From a bacterium (GTDB lineage Bacteria; Bacteroidota; Ignavibacteria; UBA10030), in the NCBI GenBank assembly GCA_043803945.1, contig JAZDJN010000032.1:12315-76314 (forward strand): 64,000 nucleotides of DNA, given 5' to 3'. Both the position numbers and the translations under genes were made by a program. This document shows, in pieces, positions 11,073-20,959 of this stretch. How positions within the stretch are numbered: the stretch's first letter is position 1; every line of letters starts with the position of its first letter. The notes below the pieces were generated by a model that worked only from the letters and a program-made list of their open reading frames with translations, made no database searches and was not told the DNA's origin.

Positions 11073-11519
11073 ATGGAGAAGATTAGTTTACAATCACTGA
11101 TAAAGAATTTTGACTGGCACTGGCTCGTGGTGAGTTATTGTCTGTTTGTCACGCTACATTTACTGCCAACATTTCTTACCCTTTCCACCCAGCTCTCAAC
11201 CGCTGAGTTTGGAATGGGGGGGAGAGTCGTCTGGGCTGCACTTGGAGTACTCTGTATCAGTTGCTATGTCGGTCTCCGATCGAACGGCTATACCTTACTG
11301 GAAACGGCATGTGCCTCAGTTCTGTACGCCCTTACTTTGTCCCTGTTGATTGGGGATTTGCTGTTTCACTATTCTGTTCGTAATGTTCTTCGGCATGAAA
11401 TACCCTTTATGCTGGTACTGTTTCTTTTCTCTTTGTTTGGAGCCGCATTGGGGGAATGGATCCAATGGAAGAAGCAGATGAAGGCAGCAACAACTGCAGA
11501 GGGGACGGCTGTTCGATAA
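11073..11519 (+). CDS. Hypothetical four-TM membrane protein
   Basis: RBS aagga before ATG 11073; four hydrophobic helices. Confidence 0.7.
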   Translation: MEKISLQSLIKNFDWHWLVVSYCLFVTLHLLPTFLTLSTQLSTAEFGMGGRVVWAALGVLCISCYVGLRSNGYTLLETACASVLYALTLSLLIGDLLFHYSVRNVLRHEIPFMLVLFLFSLFGAALGEWIQWKKQMKAATTAEGTAVR

Positions 11520-11812
11520 TATTCTGTCGATAGTGGATATCATCAATTAATTTCTCTACGGTGAACCTGCTAAATCTGCTAGCAAACCGACGCTCGCACA
11601 CCGGATAGGCGATGTTCAAACTGAGATTGGCTAGAGGTAGAGTGCTCACTCCACGGCTGATTGCTGCAAGGAACGAGTCATTCATAACTTACAGCGGCGG
11701 CTCGCAACGGCGTTTTGCCTCGTTATGTGCCATTTGTCCTGATGGCGTGGATCCTCAATATGAAGGACAAATGCAATGTAAACATGCCAGGGCGGAAAGG
11801 ATTCAAGATCTT

Positions 11813-12436
11813 ATGAAAAAGACATTAATATTCTTCCTTTGTTGTTCGACTCTGCTTTACGGTTGCTACCCATTATCTCCGCTAACGCAGGAAGACTGGC
11901 TTGCACAAAGTTCTTTGCCGGAAAGAGAGATTTTAGTCACTCTTGTCGACGGCTCCGTTATCAAGTCTCAACCTCATCGTTATATCTATACTACTGGGCC
12001 GGCCGACTTCATATATGGTTTTGGAAAACGGAAACATCGTTTCGTTCGCATTGAACATATAGAATTTATTGGCAAGCTGCAATGCGCATCCATCGATTCC
12101 CTCAAGTTAATTGGATCTGTAAATAATAGATACCTAATCTGTTATCTTCCTGACAGTACGGATATTTATTTCCAAGATGGAGATTACATTCTGCTAACAC
12201 CGGATCAACTTCCAGGATTATGGTGTGCAGGAATGCTCAACGTTGATGGCAAACAATCAGTTTTTAGCGGTAGAATCCCAGATGAACGCGTCATGCGCAT
12301 CGAAATGAAGAAATACAATGAGTTACAGACATATCTTTTTTATTGCCGGTGTTGCCGTCGTTGTCGGGATCGTCATCGTCTTAGGCATTCTCTCCTCATT
12401 CCAACCCAAGTTAAGGAATTTGGATTTTTAGTATAG
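11813..12436 (+). CDS. Hypothetical lipoprotein, probably frameshifted near the C-terminus
   Basis: MKKTLIFFLCCSTLLYGC lipobox; removing one T from the T6 run at 12336-12341 gives a hydrophobic tail FIAGVAVVVGIVIVLGIL. Confidence 0.65.
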   Translation: MKKTLIFFLCCSTLLYGCYPLSPLTQEDWLAQSSLPEREILVTLVDGSVIKSQPHRYIYTTGPADFIYGFGKRKHRFVRIEHIEFIGKLQCASIDSLKLIGSVNNRYLICYLPDSTDIYFQDGDYILLTPDQLPGLWCAGMLNVDGKQSVFSGRIPDERVMRIEMKKYNELQTYLFYCRCCRRCRDRHRLRHSLLIPTQVKEFGFLV

Positions 12437-12455
12437 AATCTATGCAACGATCTAT

Positions 12456-13192
12456 TGTCCCTCTTCAATTGTCCATCCGAACTAAAAATTCCAACCTTTA
12501 CAACTCAACCAGGTAGCGATTTCGTAAACCGAGAATAGCATAGAAGAAGATTTTATTGATTGGGACGAGCGAAAGGTGCGGGCATGTTATTCGCAGGGCA
12601 ATTTGTCGTCTAAGAAGTAAATGAATTCCCCTCAACCCACAAGGGCAATAGTCGTACGGTAGATTTACTTAAATGTTTCTTACGCGGCTTTTCTGAGATA
12701 GAAATGATGAAGCCCGTTCGCTACGGCCACTCTATCAATCTCCCCATTGGCTTGGACTTTTCTCGGTTCAGGTGAGTCTTTGTTCAATCCCAGGTGAGTC
12801 CGTTGATTGTTGTAATAGTGAATGTATCGTCTCAAAGATTCCAGCAAATGACGTTCATTCACGATGATCAATAGAAAGCATTTCTCACTCCAATACAATT
12901 TGAATCCCTGTTGATGCCATCGGAGAACAGTTTCTGGCTTGATGATCAGCAATGTGCTTTTCCAAGAGCTATAGATGTTTGCCAGAACGCAGAAGAAGAA
13001 TCTATCGGAAGGTCTTAGTCGAGGTTTAGGAGATGTGCGAGTCAATATTTCCAGTTGCTTTCTCAGATACACGATTTCAAGCTGGAGTTGAGTTCTTGAT
13101 TTGAGGAATCCGAGACAGAATGATAGGAAAGATCTGATCATGTGAGCTTTTACCCTGGCAATTGAGAAAGGACAAAGGTATAGATTTCAGAG
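12456..13192 (-). mobile_element. IS relic copy A (rve integrase-core transposase, IS481/IS3-like), internally deleted; one terminal IR missing
   Basis: IR tgtccctcttcaattgtccatccg at 12456; ORF 12680-13141 joins the N-terminus (LRKQLEIL...IIKPETVLRWH) to the C-terminus (YYNNQRTHLGLNKDSP...GLHHFY). Confidence 0.85.
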
Positions 13193-13309
13193 TGATAAAA
13201 CTCTAAGGATCAGTGTACCTATCTGAATAAATTCTTCCCAACAAACCTAACCCTGTTGTTGTGTTGCATCTGGCAGCGAATTTCGATATTTTTTATGCAT
13301 ATTATGTTT

Positions 13310-13392
13310 GGAGAGCTGGCAGAACAGCTATTGCATCGGTCTTGAAAACCGCCCTCTACAAGAACTTCGGAGTTCGAATCCCTCGCTCTCCG
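13310..13392 (+). pseudogene. Degenerate tRNA-Ser (anticodon TGA)
   Basis: Perfect acceptor GGAGAGC/GCTCTCC plus G73, loop CTTGAAA, long variable region and TTCGAAT; but D-loop GG is missing and the T stem is mispaired (CGGAG/CCCTC). Confidence 0.75.
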
Positions 13393-13596
13393 CAACAGTT
13401 TCCTCGCTGAGCATGAAGGTTTATTTTTCAGCGGAGATATATACGAGAAATTGCATCGGGGTGGGGTCCATCTCAATCCGATACTCGTTCTCGATTGAAT
13501 CTCGCTCATAAGCGGGATTTTTTATTTGCACATCGAATGTTGGCTGTCCAGTTCTGCTGCTGAAGTCCCAGTGCCACAAGTCGGAGATAGTTATTT

Positions 13597-15588
13597 ATGG
13601 ACTCTCAACTCTTCCGCAAGTTCGACCTGACGCGCCCTCTTCAGATAGTCCCTCCCATTGAAGAATGGTGCGGTAGTGACGAAAAAACTATGCGTTCCGG
13701 TTTTCAAAACCTGATCAACATGGGTGTAAGCGGCTTTGTGACAAACGTGAAGCTCGAAAAGTACTTGACCGATGAAACCTCCTGGGACGTGCTTCGGCGG
13801 GGAGTGAAACTGGCTCACGAAATGGGTCTCAGAGTCTGGATCTATGACGAGAAAGGGTATCCCAGCGGAACTGCGGGAGGATTGGTGCTTGAACAGTATC
13901 CAAAGGGTGAAGCGGAGGGGCTGATACGGGCATTCAACGACGATGGTACCGCACGTTATAAAGTTGTCAAGCTGTTTGAAAATACCCACGCCACTGCAAA
14001 TTTTTTCGAGAAGCGTCATTACATCAACATCCTCGATCGGGAAGCTGTAGCGAGATTCATCAACGTAACGCATGAACGCTATGAACAGGCTCTCCATCCG
14101 ATCGGAGAGTATATCGAAGCATTCTTTACCGACGAGCCTTCTTTGATCTCCACGTACGTGCCTGCGGGACTGGATTACCCGAAGACGATTCCCTGGCATG
14201 AGAGTCTGCCGCAGATATTCCGTTCACGATATGGATACGATCTCATGCAACACTTGGAAAGCCTGTTTGTCAATACCGGGGAAGTCGATAGGAAAATCCG
14301 ATGCGATTTCTATGAGATGATTGCACAACTGTGTTCGGAGATATATTTTGGACAGCTGCAGAACTGGTGCCAGTCCCACAACGTGATGTCGAGCGGTCAT
14401 CTTCTTGGTGAGGAAACGCTCGTGTGGCAGACACTCTTTGACGGTGATCCATTTCCCTGCTATAAACGATTCGATCTCCAGGGCATCGATATGATCCTCT
14501 CTGATCCAGAGAGGATCATGGAAGACAGAGAACCTTTCTTTCTGGTTCCAAAGGTTGCTGGTTCTGCGGCGCGGCTTAATGGCAAGCGACGAGTCATGTG
14601 CGAGACCAGCGACTTCTTTGGTTTGATGGGAGGACGTCACGCCTCTCTGGAACAAATGAAATGCACTGCGGGCGTCCTCATGAGCCTCGGGATTACAGAT
14701 TTCACAAGTTATTACAGTGTTTCTCTTCGGCCAGATCAGCCAGCAGATCATACACTAAAGTCACGACGCTTCTCCGTTGAAGAATACCGGCAATATACTG
14801 ACTATGTGAGCTGCGTAAATACGATGTTCGGTGAAGGAATAGTTGCCCCACGGACTGCCGTTCTGCATCCAATGGTTTCGCTCTGGGCGAACTTCACGCC
14901 GCCAACGCGCTCCATGTACGAACTTCATCCAAGCGAACGGATTCGCCTGATCGATGATTCGTTCGCGAACCTTTGCCGCAATCTGCTGCAACATCAGGTG
15001 GAGTATGATCTCATTGATGAACGGAGTCTGATTGAGGCAACAGTGAAGGAGAAATCCTTGTGTATTGGGGAACGCCAGTATGAAGTTCTTGTTCTCCCGC
15101 CCATGGATACGATTCGGCAGCGAACACTGGAAACAATTCATCGGTTCGTCCGACAGGGAGGCTCGGTCTTTGCACATTCGCTCCTACCTGAGTATGCTGC
15201 AGAAGGACCTGACAGAGACAACGATATCAGGAAGCTCGTTCGTGATATCATTGCAAGGGGTGGTTTTGGAGGAGCAACACAGAGCACAACACCGATCCAC
15301 TACCTGATTCGTTCCCGTGTACCGCCTCTTTGCCATCTTACTCCATCCACATTGAGTGTTCTCTGCACAACCATCTCGCGAAAGGATGGGCGTTCCTATT
15401 TCCTGGTTAACTACTCGTCCCGAGAGTATACCGGCATCTGCACATTCCGATCGGTGGGGAGTATGCGTGCCCTTGATCCCGCATCGGGCAAGGAGCGTGT
15501 ACTGGAATACAAAAACGTTGACAGAGCAAGCACTCAGGTATCATTGACAATGCCCCCGTTCGCATCACTCTTTGTGATATTTCACTGA
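13597..15588 (+). CDS. Glycoside hydrolase, GH106 (alpha-L-rhamnosidase)-like, no signal peptide
   Basis: VWIYDEKGYPSGTAGG, FFTDEPSL, GHLLGEE and GIDM motifs, then a class I glutamine-amidotransferase-like domain (YEVLVLP). Confidence 0.7.
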   Translation: MDSQLFRKFDLTRPLQIVPPIEEWCGSDEKTMRSGFQNLINMGVSGFVTNVKLEKYLTDETSWDVLRRGVKLAHEMGLRVWIYDEKGYPSGTAGGLVLEQYPKGEAEGLIRAFNDDGTARYKVVKLFENTHATANFFEKRHYINILDREAVARFINVTHERYEQALHPIGEYIEAFFTDEPSLISTYVPAGLDYPKTIPWHESLPQIFRSRYGYDLMQHLESLFVNTGEVDRKIRCDFYEMIAQLCSEIYFGQLQNWCQSHNVMSSGHLLGEETLVWQTLFDGDPFPCYKRFDLQGIDMILSDPERIMEDREPFFLVPKVAGSAARLNGKRRVMCETSDFFGLMGGRHASLEQMKCTAGVLMSLGITDFTSYYSVSLRPDQPADHTLKSRRFSVEEYRQYTDYVSCVNTMFGEGIVAPRTAVLHPMVSLWANFTPPTRSMYELHPSERIRLIDDSFANLCRNLLQHQVEYDLIDERSLIEATVKEKSLCIGERQYEVLVLPPMDTIRQRTLETIHRFVRQGGSVFAHSLLPEYAAEGPDRDNDIRKLVRDIIARGGFGGATQSTTPIHYLIRSRVPPLCHLTPSTLSVLCTTISRKDGRSYFLVNYSSREYTGICTFRSVGSMRALDPASGKERVLEYKNVDRASTQVSLTMPPFASLFVIFH

Positions 15589-15904
15589 ACACTTACCCGA
15601 CTTGGCGATAGCTGGTCGTAGATCTCAATGTTCACCGTCGGCTTCTTGAGCAAAAGAAACTCTTGAATCTGATTGTGAAGAAGCCACTAGATACAAGATT
15701 AACGTTTGCAGAGATCGATTACTCCCAACGAGGATTTATATTTCTTCTTCTTGAAGTGAGTTGTTTGTCCTTCCCGGGAGTGCGTTATACGAGACGACAA
15801 CCGACCAAAGCATGAGAAGGCAGGATCTCCAAGAAATATCTTGAATGTCGGTTTGAAGGAAGAGGGAATATCTTTCTCAAGAAAGCTGGAACGATTTAGC
15901 CCTA

Positions 15905-16360
15905 ATTAGTGGAGCTCCCCAGAGAGGATTATCATTCGCAATCTGTTTGATCAGATTGATTTGCTCTTGTGGGATTGTTGGTCTACCGAGCGATGATTTG
16001 CTTTTCCATCTCCAATACAATTTGAATCCCTGTTGATGCCATCGGAGAACAGTTTCTGGCTTGATGATCAGCAATGTGCTTTTCCAAGAGCTATAGATGT
16101 TTGCCAGAACGCAGAAGAAGAATCTATCGGAAGGTCGTAGCCGAGGTCGAGGAGATGTGCGAGCCAATATTTCCAGTTGCTTTCTCAGATACACGATTTC
16201 CAGCTGGAGTTGAGTTCTTGATTTGATGGATCCGATTCAGAATGATAGGAGAGATTTCATCATGTGAGTTTTGCCCTGTTAATTGACACAGAACAAAAGT
16301 ATCGATTTCAATTTGAATTTATTATTATATTGTACACGGATAGAGTTTTGACAAGGTACA
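15905..16360 (-). mobile_element. IS relic copy B (5' part of transposase plus terminal IR)
   Basis: About 125 nt identical to copy A; ORF 15877-16194; IR cggatagagttttgacaaggtaca ends at 16360. Confidence 0.85.
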
Positions 16361-16477
16361 ACCAATTTGTGATGTTCTGCCAATCGATTCAGCCTGCGTT
16401 GGCAGAATGCTACAAAACCAGGATCCAGCATATTCACTGCAGGCAATTAATGTATCTGGTATGTATTTTCCTCAAGA

Positions 16478-17923
16478 ATGAATAATTCCTCTAAGATGAA
16501 GCCACCCGGCCGGAACGATCCCTGTTACTGCGGCAGTAATAAGAAATATAAACACTGTCATGGTACGAGTACGGTTTTACCCTCCGAAGCAGTTTATTCA
16601 AGAATCCGACGACTCGATTGGGAATCTGCATCTCTCCTTTTGAAATTTGCCCGGAGGAAATATGGCGAGGATTTTCTAGAGGAGGCATGGGAGGATTTCC
16701 GGTTAGCCGATGGTACTCCGTTCGATATGGATGGTCCGGAGGCCGATGCTTTCACACGGTGGTCTCTGTTCAACTTTAAACCGGGAAGGGATACAACTGT
16801 AGCGGAACTGTTCCTCAATGAAGCTGGTACAAGAATCGACCGTGATCTCTATCGATTCATCGAAAGCACGGCAAACTCACCGTATTCTTTCTATCAGGTT
16901 CTGGAGGTTCAACCAGACGAAGGACTCTCCCTCCGGGATATTCTGCGTAGGTGCGATGTGAATGTGAAGGAACGATCGGCATCGAAGATTCTCCAGCCTG
17001 GCCATATTACTCTTGCCCGTGTCGTCGAATTGGATGGTATCCACTTCTTTATGGGGGTTGGTGCAGATGTCATCCAGCCCGGATTACTCGATAAAGTGCT
17101 GACATTGAGGGAATTCCTGAAGCAGGAGGCCTCGTCGGAGCAAAATTCCATTTCCACTGAAACACTTCTGGAAAAGGAAGAGGTTCTTCGCGAGGTGTAT
17201 TTTGATATCAGCGATATGCAGAGAAGGCCTCCGAAGATTCAGAATACGGATGGCGATCCACTTGTATTTTGTACACTGACGTATGAGATCCCGTCGTTGG
17301 AGATCGCCTTTCACGCACTGAAGGATCTTGAACAAAAGGTCTTACCGCGAGAGGATGAGGCATTCTTCGACGAGGCCGAGAGAGACAAAGCGGGGCGTCC
17401 AATGGAGATTCTCCTCCATTGGCTTCGAAAGGGACACAAGGGCGGATTTGGAGATAACACAACGCTTGCAGCATTGAGGATCTCTAAAAGGAAACTGGTC
17501 GTTGAAGTCAATTCCGAGCGTCGCGCTAAACGCATTCAGAAAGAGATCGAAAAGCGACTCGGAGATGAAGCAGTTCTCCTTCGTACGGAAACCCGGTCAC
17601 ACGAAAGCATTTTCAAAGAACTGGAGAATTCGAAGGAGGAGCCGCGTCCAAATTCGGAACATGACCGGCTGATGAAGGAATCGCCGGAGGCCAGGGATAT
17701 CATGAAGCAGATGATGGATCAGCATTGGAAATCCTGGCTTGAAGAACCGATTCCCGCCTTGAGAGGAATGACGCCCCGTATCGCTGCCAAAGATCCGGAA
17801 GGCCTCGAACTTCTCGGGTCGCTACTCATGGATTTTGATTTGCGAAATCAATCTGTAGAGGATGAATTCCTGAAGGTCAATACGGCTATGCTGCGAAGAG
17901 AGTTAGGATTGGAGCATGAGTAG
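16478..17923 (+). CDS. SEC-C motif (Zn-binding) domain protein with a C-terminal Xre/MbcA/ParS-like segment
   Basis: GRNDPCYCGSNKKYKHCH at the N-terminus; WLEEPIPALRGMTPR near the C-terminus. Confidence 0.8.
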   Translation: MNNSSKMKPPGRNDPCYCGSNKKYKHCHGTSTVLPSEAVYSRIRRLDWESASLLLKFARRKYGEDFLEEAWEDFRLADGTPFDMDGPEADAFTRWSLFNFKPGRDTTVAELFLNEAGTRIDRDLYRFIESTANSPYSFYQVLEVQPDEGLSLRDILRRCDVNVKERSASKILQPGHITLARVVELDGIHFFMGVGADVIQPGLLDKVLTLREFLKQEASSEQNSISTETLLEKEEVLREVYFDISDMQRRPPKIQNTDGDPLVFCTLTYEIPSLEIAFHALKDLEQKVLPREDEAFFDEAERDKAGRPMEILLHWLRKGHKGGFGDNTTLAALRISKRKLVVEVNSERRAKRIQKEIEKRLGDEAVLLRTETRSHESIFKELENSKEEPRPNSEHDRLMKESPEARDIMKQMMDQHWKSWLEEPIPALRGMTPRIAAKDPEGLELLGSLLMDFDLRNQSVEDEFLKVNTAMLRRELGLEHE

Positions 17924-17959
17924 GACGCAGAAGCATAAGCGTTCTGCTTGATAATCCAT

Positions 17960-19180
17960 TCAGTTCAGTTTTTCGATGGCTTTTATCGCATGAACCGGTC
18001 TTGGATTACTTTTCGTGAACACTTTCATATCGTTTGTCTTTTCAATTGTCACAAAGCTCTCATCAATCTTTCCATTGCTATCGATAATCCTCGAGAGATC
18101 CAATTTCAAATACTCCGCGATGAAGGGATACACTGCAGCACGCTTTGACACTCCATAATCATGCCCTTCTTTTGGGAAATGGACATTCTGAACCAGATCC
18201 TCCACACCATAAAGCTTGTATACTTTTTTAATGTAAGGGTATTCGACTTCGGGATTATTTTTGGTCCAGTCAGCTCCATCTGAAATCAGCAAGAGAGGTT
18301 TAGGAGCGAACAACGCTGCAATGTCGGCGTTGTTTGTAAGATGGTACGCGCTTTGGTGAATCGGCATCCCGCTTTCGCAGACACACCCACCGAAAAAATG
18401 AGATGAGACCATAACAGCCGGCACACTCACAGATACTCTCTTGTCAACTGCGGCCAGGAGAAATGTCTGCGTTCCGCCGCCGGAAGCTCCGGTAATACCA
18501 ATCCTTTTTGGGTCAACGTTTTTTATGGAAAGCAGGAAATCAACAGCGCGTATGCTGTTTAACAATTGATACTTGAGCTCTTTCCGGAAACTGTTGTGCG
18601 ATTGCGGGAATTTGTAATTTTCAAATTGCGTTGATTCTCCCCAGCCGATCATGTCGTACGAGAAGACGATTGCACCCATTCGTGCAAATGCGGCACAACG
18701 GATTTGTTGATCTTTCCTGAATCTCCCACCGCCGCTAAGGGAATCGGGCATGAAATGACCGTGCGGGCAGAGGATTGCGGCATAGGAACCTTGGTTGGTG
18801 GTTGGCCGATAGAGATTTCCAGTGACAAAAAACCCTGGCATGCTTTCAAAGGCAACATTTTCTACGGTGTAACCGTCATAAGATCGTTTGGAAGTCAAGA
18901 TTGGCTTCAAAGGTGTCTTTGCTGGGAGTGGATCGAGTTCGGCACTGATGAGAATCTGTTTGCGGATGTTGTTGGCCCTTGTTTCCCATTCGATGCTGTT
19001 TGAATATGTTCCTGAGAAGTTGATCAGTTCCTGTCTTCCTTGTTCTTCAGTGAGAAATTTTCCCTGTCGCAATGTTGCTGCATCCTGTTTCACTTGCGTA
19101 TAGGAATTATTGAATAAGAACATCCAGACGAGGATAACCTGAACATGATGTACTCGAGTCAGCTGGAGTAATGTTTTCAT
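17960..19180 (-). CDS. Alpha/beta hydrolase, acetylxylan-esterase-like, probably secreted
   Basis: CPHGH, YDMIGWGES, nucleophile elbow GASGGGTQT, GHDY. Confidence 0.85.
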   Translation of the reverse strand: MKTLLQLTRVHHVQVILVWMFLFNNSYTQVKQDAATLRQGKFLTEEQGRQELINFSGTYSNSIEWETRANNIRKQILISAELDPLPAKTPLKPILTSKRSYDGYTVENVAFESMPGFFVTGNLYRPTTNQGSYAAILCPHGHFMPDSLSGGGRFRKDQQIRCAAFARMGAIVFSYDMIGWGESTQFENYKFPQSHNSFRKELKYQLLNSIRAVDFLLSIKNVDPKRIGITGASGGGTQTFLLAAVDKRVSVSVPAVMVSSHFFGGCVCESGMPIHQSAYHLTNNADIAALFAPKPLLLISDGADWTKNNPEVEYPYIKKVYKLYGVEDLVQNVHFPKEGHDYGVSKRAAVYPFIAEYLKLDLSRIIDSNGKIDESFVTIEKTNDMKVFTKSNPRPVHAIKAIEKLN

Positions 19181-19373
19181 CTAATTCCTTGAATATCTTC
19201 GTAGAAAAATGATCCTGTGTAAATTAGGCAGATATTTGCCTATCTGCCACAATTATGCAATATGACAGGGAGAGTTTCTTTATCAGCCCCACTTTGTTTG
19301 TGGGTTTGGGACGGACATTCCAAATTTACAAAACAAGGTTGAGGCTAATGCTTTCTTAAACATAAGGTCTAAA

Positions 19374-19484
19374 AAAAATAACGAGCCAGACCGTAAGGAG
19401 GGTTGGGCGCAGTTGTTATAGTGATGTCCCGACAGAATATGGTGTCCTGTTTATCCCGATGTTGTATCTCGGAATCCCGCTGCA
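19374..19484 (+). repeat. Degenerate copy of the sequence downstream of the tRNA-Met (8924-9037)
   Basis: aaaataacgagcc...gttgtt...gacagaatatggtgtcctgttta...cccgctgca; the 23-mer gacagaatatggtgtcctgttta is identical to 8977-8999. Confidence 0.75.
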
Positions 19485-19524
19485 GGCTCGGCCGATATTT
19501 ATTGACAGTAATCTGTTCCTGCAA

Positions 19525-19779
19525 CTAAACGATTCGTAAGTTGATGCCAAGAAAATCGATATCCTTCGTTGGTCTGGCATTATGAATATTGTAGGCAAGA
19601 AGAAGAAAACCACCTTTCAGCACAAACTTGTCGGCATGCTTTGATTCAGCAAGGCATGCAAGAAAGCGTTCCTGTATGTAGCGAAGTAAAAGGAAATTGA
19701 AATCGAGGTTATCTCGTTCAGCAAGATTCTTCAAGCGAGCCAGTACGGAGGCAGCCGTATTTGTTGGATTCTGTTTCAT
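19525..19779 (-). pseudogene. Truncated AbiEii-family nucleotidyltransferase toxin (N-terminal 84 aa)
   Basis: SVLARLKNLA...YIQERFL...FVLKGG...RPTKDIDFL, followed by a premature end. Confidence 0.85.
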
Positions 19780-20003
19780 CCCACAAGAGCTTTTACATAT
19801 TGACGAAGGATCCCCTTGACTCTGCATACTTCAGCGTATTTGATGAGCTTAGTCAGATCCCGGTTCCGATGCTTAAGATATTCCTTGAGTCCTTCGAAGG
19901 CAAGATCTTCTCCAAGCGTGTTGCGAAATCGAAAGGAATCGCAGATGGTTTTCTCCGGACCGTAGACTCGGATGTGTCCGGTTTTGGCATCATGTTGTTC
20001 GAT
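19776..20003 (-). pseudogene. C-terminal fragment of an AbiEi-family antitoxin, cut by IS copy C
   Basis: Reads IRVYGPEKTICDSFRFRNTLGEDLALEGLKEYL...VCRVKGILRQYVKALVG*, paralogous to the C-terminus of 21750-22349; ATGA overlap with the toxin relic. Confidence 0.85.
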
Positions 20004-20959
20004 TGTCCCTCTTCAAAAGTCCATCCGAATCAATATTCCAACATAAACCACACATCAGCGGGGGATTTCATAAACTGAGAATCGCCTGGAAGAAGAATTC
20101 AATGATGGGGAAGAACGAAATGTGTGAGGATGGTATATTCCGGGAAGTCTGATGTCTGAGAAAGAAATAGATTACCCTCGACTCATGAGGGCAATCTTCC
20201 TAAAATAAATTCCTTAGTGTTTCTTACGCGGCTGTTCTGAAGTAGAAATGATGGAGTCCGTTCGCTACGGCTACTCTATCAATGTTTCCGTCGGCTTGGA
20301 CTTCTCTTGGTTCGGGTGAGTCTTTGTTCAATCCCAAGTGAGTCCGTTGAGTATTGTAGTAGTGAATGTATCGTCTCAAAGATTCTAACAAATGACTTTC
20401 ATTCACGATGATCAATAGAAAGCATTCCTCAGTTGTTGGGTGGACCATTCAGAAGTAGGATGATCAGTCACATTGAAGTGAATGATTGTTCTTCTGTCGT
20501 GGGAAAGGAAGACCAGGACGTACAGGAGTCGAAAAGTGATCGTCGGTACAACAAAAAAGTCTAAAGAGAGGATTTTCATTCGCAATCTGTTTGATCAGAT
20601 TGACGTGCTCTTGTGGGATTTTCGGTCTGCCGAGTGCTGATCTGCTTTTCCATCTCCAATACAATTTGAATCCCTGTTGATGCCATCGGAGAACAGTTTC
20701 TGGCTTGATGATCAGCAATGTACTTTTCCAAGAGCTAAAGATGTTTATGAGAACGGTGAAGAAGAATCTATCGGTAGTTCGCAGTCGAGGTCGAGGAGAT
20801 GTGCGAGTCAATATTTCCAGTTGCTTTCTCAGGTACACGATTTCAAGCTGGAGTTGAGTTCTTGATTTGAAACATCTGAGAAAGAACGATAGGAGATCCT
20901 AATCATGTGAGCCTTTGGCCTGTTAATTGACGCAGAACAAAAGTATCGATTTCAATTTG
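20004..20959 (-). mobile_element. IS relic copy C, doubly deleted; second IR missing
   Basis: IR tgtccctcttcaaaagtccatccg at 20004; ORF pieces 20224-20448 and 20464-20838; keeps the rve segment LDFFVVPTITFRLLYVLVFLSHDRRTIIHFNVTDHPTSEW. Confidence 0.88.

Noticed and set aside
13219-13511. Short ORFs on both strands
   Set aside because: They overlap the pseudo tRNA-Ser and have no protein-like features.
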